Positions 58,774 to 64,000 of a stretch of 64,000 bases of DNA are shown piece by piece. Every line of letters begins with the position of its first letter. Positions within the stretch are counted from its first letter, which is position 1. The translations under genes and the position numbers were made by a program. Below the pieces are notes generated by a model. That model worked only from the letters and a program-made list of their open reading frames with translations, had not been told where the DNA came from and searched no databases. Source of the stretch: an uncultured Nitrospiraceae bacterium (GTDB lineage Bacteria; Nitrospirota; Thermodesulfovibrionia; Thermodesulfovibrionales; Dissulfurispiraceae); NCBI GenBank assembly GCA_963727805.1, contig CAVSHF010000005.1:1152001-1216000 (forward strand), written 5' to 3'.

Positions 58774-59319
58774 TTAATAAAGGTAGAGTCCCAGTCTATT
58801 CAAGTAATCATCTCCCAAAAGCATCGGGTGATAAGCAAATCCTTCTGCCAGATCATCAACATGTCTTGCTGCTATTGCATATAAGAGCTCTGGTTTCTTA
58901 GTGGCTATTGCTATCTTGGTGTTAAGCGTTGCGTCGAATATTTCCATGGAGGGCATGGTTATCCATGCGTGGAGACCAATATTTGTGTTTACAATACCCT
59001 TGACAAGAAGTTGTTTTAGCTGTTCTTCTGTGTATCTAGAAAAGCAGTTTGATGGTTCCTCGACCCAGCCCAAGGTGAAGATGGCAGTCGTCTTGAAAAA
59101 ATCGTCGATGATTAGCTTAATCCCATGATTGATCTCAAAGCATTGAGCTGTCAACTCTTCCGGACTGGGCCGCCCAATTGTTTTAAATATTGATTTCATG
59201 AGTTCTTGCATGGTTTCTTTTGTAAAAAATCTATTTGGTGAGACAGGCAGTATTGACGGGGCGACAAGACCAAAATCTTTTGTCCTTACAACTGCCTCAT
59301 CGAATTCTTGATTATACAT
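58774..59319 (-). CDS. hypothetical protein (AT-rich)
   Basis: 181 aa ORF with AAGGA RBS; C...HAW.....EIFD pattern. Confidence 0.6.
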   Translation of the reverse strand: MYNQEFDEAVVRTKDFGLVAPSILPVSPNRFFTKETMQELMKSIFKTIGRPSPEELTAQCFEINHGIKLIIDDFFKTTAIFTLGWVEEPSNCFSRYTEEQLKQLLVKGIVNTNIGLHAWITMPSMEIFDATLNTKIAIATKKPELLYAIAARHVDDLAEGFAYHPMLLGDDYLNRLGLYLY

Positions 59320-59522
59320 AAGATATCCTTTATGCTTTTAATATTTACAATGTTTTGTTGGGCGTTAGTGAAAATTCTATTATTTTAGCTTGCTGATTAT
59401 TTGCCTATTACTCATTGCGATATATTATAGCAGGTTTCAAAAGTGTACGCAGAAAGATGATATATGCATGACTGTATGTTCAGAACTAACAATACATGTT
59501 GCTTAAAAGCAACTTCTTCTTT

Positions 59523-59919
59523 TCATGTACCCCAGCAGATAGCTAAGGAATAACGCAATCGCCTTACCCCTACCTTGGTCATGGGCTTATACAAAGTTAT
59601 ACCGTCTTTCGGATAAGTGATGACCCCTCCTTCCACCGACTCCAAGCCGCTTCTCAAGCGGCAACTTACACGGGAAAATATGGTGCTATCGACAGGAATA
59701 TCTCCTTGAACAAGTGCCTCCATCGGCTCACCGGATGGCAGTAACCCCTTCCCGATACATCATCTCGCCGAGTTTTAAGGCCTCTTCTATCGACAGTCCG
59801 GCAACGTTGGCCGACGCACCGTCTGCGGCCGGAACAACAACGGAAAAGAAGCCCCTTAAGAGCAGCGGCACTAGTATCTAGACGACCAGAAATTTGAAAT
59901 CAGGTCGATGCTCAGACAT
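59523..59919 (-). pseudogene. decayed exported cytochrome c gene
   Basis: ATG at 59919, TAG in the signal region (59878-59880), frameshift in a G-run near 59745-59748 joining LGEMMYREG to LLPSGEPMEALVQGDIPV, CxxCH eroded to RVSCR, then truncated. Confidence 0.7.
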
Positions 59920-60508
59920 TAGGGTCATTTATTAGTGCTTTCTGATATTCGTCCATTAGTTCCGAGGTTGCTACAAGACCGTCGATCCGGAACCACTGGT
60001 CCTGGATCGGAGAATACAGGAAGGTAAGCGGCTAATGTGTCATTTTGTCTACAGTATAGGCATTGAATGCGTGCATAATACTTTCGATATCCGTTTTTCC
60101 CCCGGTCAGGAAATCCCATCCGGGTTTTGCGCGAAACTTTTTGAGATACCCCTTCAGAACTCTTGGGGTGTCATGCTCCGGATCGATCGATATGGAGATC
60201 AGTTGGACCTTATCGGAACCTGATCCAAGTTTGTTTTGGAAATTCACAAAACTGGCCGATAGAACCGGACACATGGTCGTACCTGTTCCAAAGATAAAAT
60301 CCAGTATGACTACTTTGCCCTGTTTTACGAGCTCCTTTATTTTCACATTTTCCCCATCCTGATTAAACAGCGTCACATCGGGCATTCTATAGTCCTGGAT
60401 AGTCCGTTTATATGTCGGCCTATCAGCACCGCACACCTCGCTTGCAAAAAAAGAGATTATCAGTGCGATGATTAGGCCGACTGAAGATAATTTTTTCCAT
60501 TGTGCCAT
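59912..60508 (-). pseudogene. SCO-family protein pseudogene
   Basis: CxxxC reduced to GTTMC; in-frame TAG at 60032-60034 after which the SCO-like frame continues (PLTFLYSP...WFRIDGLV..SELMDEY) to TGA at 59912. Confidence 0.8.
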
Positions 60509-60678
60509 TCACCCCCACCCGTTCTTTCGATGCCCCATTGTATTTCTCATGGTAAATGGTAAATGGAATACAGGGATTATGCATATCTATTGTATAAACA
60601 TTGCCAATGCGCTTCAATGTATCGGAAATTGCAGATCGGGGAAAGCGGGCTAGAAGGAACAGCTCGAGACTGATTTGA

Positions 60679-61647
60679 TCAGCCGAGTATTTTTGCCGCT
60701 TCTTTAGCGAAATAGGTGAGGACAAGGTCGGCGCCTGCACGTCTGATCGATGTAAGAATCTCCATCATTGCCCGCTCTTCATCGATCCATCCAAGCTGTG
60801 CAGCAGCCTTCACAAGGGAATATTCACCGCTCACGTTATAGGCGGCAACCGGGAGATTGAAGGTGTTTCTTACGTCGGAGATGATATCGAGATAAGCAAG
60901 AGCTGGCTTCACCATGACAATGTCAGCACCTTCGGCGATGTCCATGGCGACCTCTTTCAGCGCCTCGCGCCTGTTTGCCGGGTCCATCTGATAAGAGCGT
61001 CTGTCTCCGAACTGCGGTGTAGACTCTGCAGCTTCCCTGAAAGGTCCATAAAAAGCTGACGCATACTTTGCGGCATAGGACATGATCGGGGTACCACCAA
61101 ATCCCTCTTGATCGAGGGCTGATCGTATGGCGGCCACCCTGCCGTCCATCATATCGGAAGGCGCCACCATGTCGGCGCCGGACTTGGCATGGGAGACGGC
61201 TTCGAGAGACAGCAACTTTAAAGTCTCATCATTGTCGACATCCCCCTTGGCAATAACGCCACAATGGCCGTGGCTCGTGTATTCGCAAAGGCAGACATCG
61301 GTAATGACATAGAGCTCAGGAACAGTATCCTTTATTGCCCTGATTGCCTGCTGGACGATGCCATCGTCGGCATAAGCCCCGGTCCCAAGTTCATCCTTAT
61401 CTTCGGGTATTCCAAAGAGAATGATCGATTGGATGCCAAGGGAATAAACCTCTTTTGCATTCCTGACCAATTTATCCACGGACTCCTGATAGCAGCCCGG
61501 CATCGAGGAGATCTCTTTTCTGACGCCTTTGCCGAAAGTCACAAAAAGGGGATAGATTAAATCGTCGGGAGATACGGTGGTCTCCCGAATCATCTTTCTG
61601 ATGACAGGATTGCTTCTCAGCCTTCTATATCGATGTACAGGGAACAT
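60679..61647 (-). CDS. hemB: delta-aminolevulinic acid dehydratase (porphobilinogen synthase)
   Basis: [38 protein letters not shown]. Confidence 0.96.
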   Translation of the reverse strand: MFPVHRYRRLRSNPVIRKMIRETTVSPDDLIYPLFVTFGKGVRKEISSMPGCYQESVDKLVRNAKEVYSLGIQSIILFGIPEDKDELGTGAYADDGIVQQAIRAIKDTVPELYVITDVCLCEYTSHGHCGVIAKGDVDNDETLKLLSLEAVSHAKSGADMVAPSDMMDGRVAAIRSALDQEGFGGTPIMSYAAKYASAFYGPFREAAESTPQFGDRRSYQMDPANRREALKEVAMDIAEGADIVMVKPALAYLDIISDVRNTFNLPVAAYNVSGEYSLVKAAAQLGWIDEERAMMEILTSIRRAGADLVLTYFAKEAAKILG

Positions 61648-61752
61648 ATCAGTGTCTGGAAAAATCAGTGCCTTGGTGACCAAGTTGGAAGGTGAATGAA
61701 GCAGACCGGCCATTGATTTGCCGATCTGCCCATTCACTCACTTATTATTTGT

Positions 61753-62100
61753 TTATGAGCAACTGCTGCAGCCGGACCCGCATGATGAGGCCTGACCGCC
61801 CGAACCGCACGAAGAGGCCGGTCCACCACTCAGAATAAAGCCTGCCCGCTCGCCGTCATCGAAGTAGTCGAGCTGCATTTCATCAAGTGACGCGATGCAG
61901 CCGCTATCAACAAAGACTTTAAGGCCGTCCTTCTCGAAGACCTGATCTTCAGCAGCAGCCTTCTCGTCTATATCAAGCCCAAAGGAAGGACCGCAGCATC
62001 CTCCGCCGGCGTTGTAAACCCTGAGTCCCCACTCTGCCTTGCCTTCTTCCGCAAGGACTATTTTGGCCTTTTCGGCCGCCTTCTCGGTGATCGTAAACAC
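61753..62100 (-). CDS. HesB/IscA/ErpA-family Fe-S carrier
   Basis: GTG start with GGAGG RBS; FTITEKA, GGGCCGPSFGL, Cys-rich tail SCGS...SCGSGCSSC. Confidence 0.85.
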   Translation of the reverse strand: MFTITEKAAEKAKIVLAEEGKAEWGLRVYNAGGGCCGPSFGLDIDEKAAAEDQVFEKDGLKVFVDSGCIASLDEMQLDYFDDGERAGFILSGGPASSCGSGGQASSCGSGCSSCS

Positions 62101-62198
62101 ATGAACCTCCAAAGTTTTGATACCTTTAGAATAATCTAAAATTGCTTCAAAAAGCAAATTTTGACCTTTTGGCATGATATAGGATATTTTAGTAGGTT

Positions 62199-63260
62199 AT
62201 GTACATACTCCATCGTTTCATTCTCAGGGAGTTGCTCCTCTCTTTCCTGTTGTCGGTTGTCTTTCTGAACTTTACGCTGATGATGGAAAAGCTCCTTAGA
62301 TTGAGCCGGCTCTTATCGAGCGTCGGCGCTTCCCCGGTGGATATCGCCCAAGTCATTCTTTTTTTGCAGCCTCAGCTTTTTATCCTCACCATACCTATGG
62401 CAATGCTCCTTTCAGTGCTTCTGACTTATTTCAGATTGACCGCCGACAATGAACTCGTAATCATGCGAAACATCGGGATGCCCTTCCGGCTTATTGCACG
62501 ACCGGTGGTGTATCTAGGCATCGCGTGCTTCGCAGTCAGCCTTTCGATGAGTTTTTACCTTGGCCCCGCAGGGAGCGTCATGCTGAGAGAAAAAGTTTCA
62601 AATATACTGATAACGAGGGCTCCTCTCGCGATTGAAGAGGGTATCTTCAACACCTCTTTCAAAGATATGGTGATGCTCGTTAAAGAGAAGCCGGCACCGG
62701 ACATTCTCTCCGGTATCTTCATCGTTGATGAGAGGAAAAAAGACGAGCCGAAGATAATCGTAGCCAAAGAGGGCCATATACTTTCCGAAGCAGACGCTCT
62801 CAGCTTCGCTCTCACAGGCGGACATGTTTATATCACCGGCAAGAACTCCTTTACTGAAATCAAATTCGGATCGTACTATTTCAGGCTTACTCCCGCTATA
62901 GAGCCTGGCAACAGAAGAAGCAGCGAACTTACTCCTTTGGAGCTGATTGCGGCATCAAAGAGCACACCTGACAAGAAAATACCATATCTCCTGGAGTTAT
63001 ACCGGCGAGTCTCGATGCCAGGTGTCTGCCTGATTATCATCTTTCTCGGTCCCTCACTCGCATTGATCGCGGGGAAAACAGGAAGGCTCGGAGGTCTAAC
63101 GATCGGCCTGCTGGTATTTGCCGCATATTATTCGGTAATGCTCTATGGCGAGAACCTTGCGCGTTCTGGTGTCCTGCCTCATTTCGTGGGGGCCTGGCTT
63201 TCCTTCATACTGCTCGGGACTTTTTCAATATTTGCTTTTGAGAGGGTGAATAAAAGATGA
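62199..63260 (+). CDS. lptF: LPS export ABC transporter permease LptF
   Basis: ILHRFILREL, TIPMAMLL, RLTADNELVIMR..G. Confidence 0.85.
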   Translation: MYILHRFILRELLLSFLLSVVFLNFTLMMEKLLRLSRLLSSVGASPVDIAQVILFLQPQLFILTIPMAMLLSVLLTYFRLTADNELVIMRNIGMPFRLIARPVVYLGIACFAVSLSMSFYLGPAGSVMLREKVSNILITRAPLAIEEGIFNTSFKDMVMLVKEKPAPDILSGIFIVDERKKDEPKIIVAKEGHILSEADALSFALTGGHVYITGKNSFTEIKFGSYYFRLTPAIEPGNRRSSELTPLELIAASKSTPDKKIPYLLELYRRVSMPGVCLIIIFLGPSLALIAGKTGRLGGLTIGLLVFAAYYSVMLYGENLARSGVLPHFVGAWLSFILLGTFSIFAFERVNKR

Positions 63261-64000
63261 CGCTCAAAATACAGCGGATGTATATCGCCGATTTCTTCAA
63301 GGTGCTTTTTATCCTCACTGTCGGGATGTCGGCTCTCTTCGGAGTTCTCAGTCTCATCGACAAGATGGAAGAATTCATGCCATACCGGCCTGCCTCCAAG
63401 CTGTTGCTCCAATACGCCCTCGCAAGCATTCCCCGCAATGTCATCTATTTTCTGCCGATGACTACTTTGCTGAGCAGCCTCTTCATCTTTTCGCTGGCCA
63501 TCAAAAGAAGGGAGGTCGTCGCAATAAAAACCTCTGGAGGAAAGATGAAGAGAATTCTCGCCCCCTTCATCATCATCGGCGTTCTTCTGACATTGACCGG
63601 GTTCATACTTGGTGAATTTATCGTACCAGTTACTGCCAAGAAGGTGCGGTCGTTAGCAAGCGAGATCACAGGCAAGGGCAAAAGAATGGCATTTTTTAAA
63701 GAAGGCACCCTATATATGCGGGGGAAAGACGGATCGATTGTAAAAATCGCACTTTTCATGCCATCCCAAAACCTCTCCAAAGGGGTAAGTATCTTCAAGT
63801 TCGATGAAGAAGGATTAAAGGAGCGGATCGACGCCGAGACTGGCACATGGGAAAACGGCATCTGGAAATTGAAAAACATAGTCATCTATGACCTCGCCAC
63901 CGGTAAGGTTTCATCGATGCCCGAGATGGTTTATACAGCGATCGAATCGCCTAAGATCTTCAGCGAGGACTCAATCAAGGTCGAAGAGATGACCTTGACA
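63257..64000 (+). CDS. lptG: LPS export ABC transporter permease LptG (runs off the window)
   Basis: Manual translation MTLKIQRMYIADFFKV...YFLPMTTLLSSL...RREVVAIKTSGG; overlaps the lptF stop. Confidence 0.85.
   Translation, partial: MTLKIQRMYIADFFKVLFILTVGMSALFGVLSLIDKMEEFMPYRPASKLLLQYALASIPRNVIYFLPMTTLLSSLFIFSLAIKRREVVAIKTSGGKMKRILAPFIIIGVLLTLTGFILGEFIVPVTAKKVRSLASEITGKGKRMAFFKEGTLYMRGKDGSIVKIALFMPSQNLSKGVSIFKFDEEGLKERIDAETGTWENGIWKLKNIVIYDLATGKVSSMPEMVYTAIESPKIFSEDSIKVEEMTLT

Noticed and set aside
60032..60034. In-frame TAG in the SCO gene as possible pyrrolysine or stop-codon readthrough
   Set aside because: The same gene has lost a copper-ligand Cys and the next gene has several independent lesions; TAG also terminates many intact genes here. 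Pseudogenisation is the simpler explanation.
61753..62100. HesB-like selenoprotein
   Set aside because: The motif is GGGCCG with ordinary Cys codons and no in-frame TGA.

Overview
Bacterial chromosomal window, most consistent with a Nitrospirota (Thermodesulfovibrionia-like) sulfur-metabolising anaerobe; the taxonomy is inferred from gene content and the short DsrA. The core is a reductive-type dissimilatory sulfite reductase region on the minus strand: dsrA-dsrB-dsrD, a cold-shock insert, dsrN, an unknown Zn/HEAT protein, dsrC, dsrT-dsrMKJOP and a ferredoxin. It converges on a dsrH/dsrE/dsrF/tusA-like sulfur-relay operon. About 10 kb away, an A2-type heme-copper O2 reductase operon runs straight into a SorAB-type sulfite dehydrogenase and a soluble cytochrome c. 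Also present: an operon pairing a plant-like threonine synthase with a plant-like cystathionine gamma-synthase; a corrin-biosynthesis operon with three unexplained inserted genes; ntrYX-der, smc, hemB, lptFG and proA; a decayed SCO/cytochrome c operon; and several regulatory motifs (CRP/FNR-like palindromes, a sigma28-like promoter, a motif shared by the dsrA and dsrC promoters). No rRNA, tRNA, CRISPR array or intact mobile element was recognised. All calls come from motif recognition by eye, with no database searches. Some starts were moved from the ORF track to the codon with the better RBS or homolog fit.
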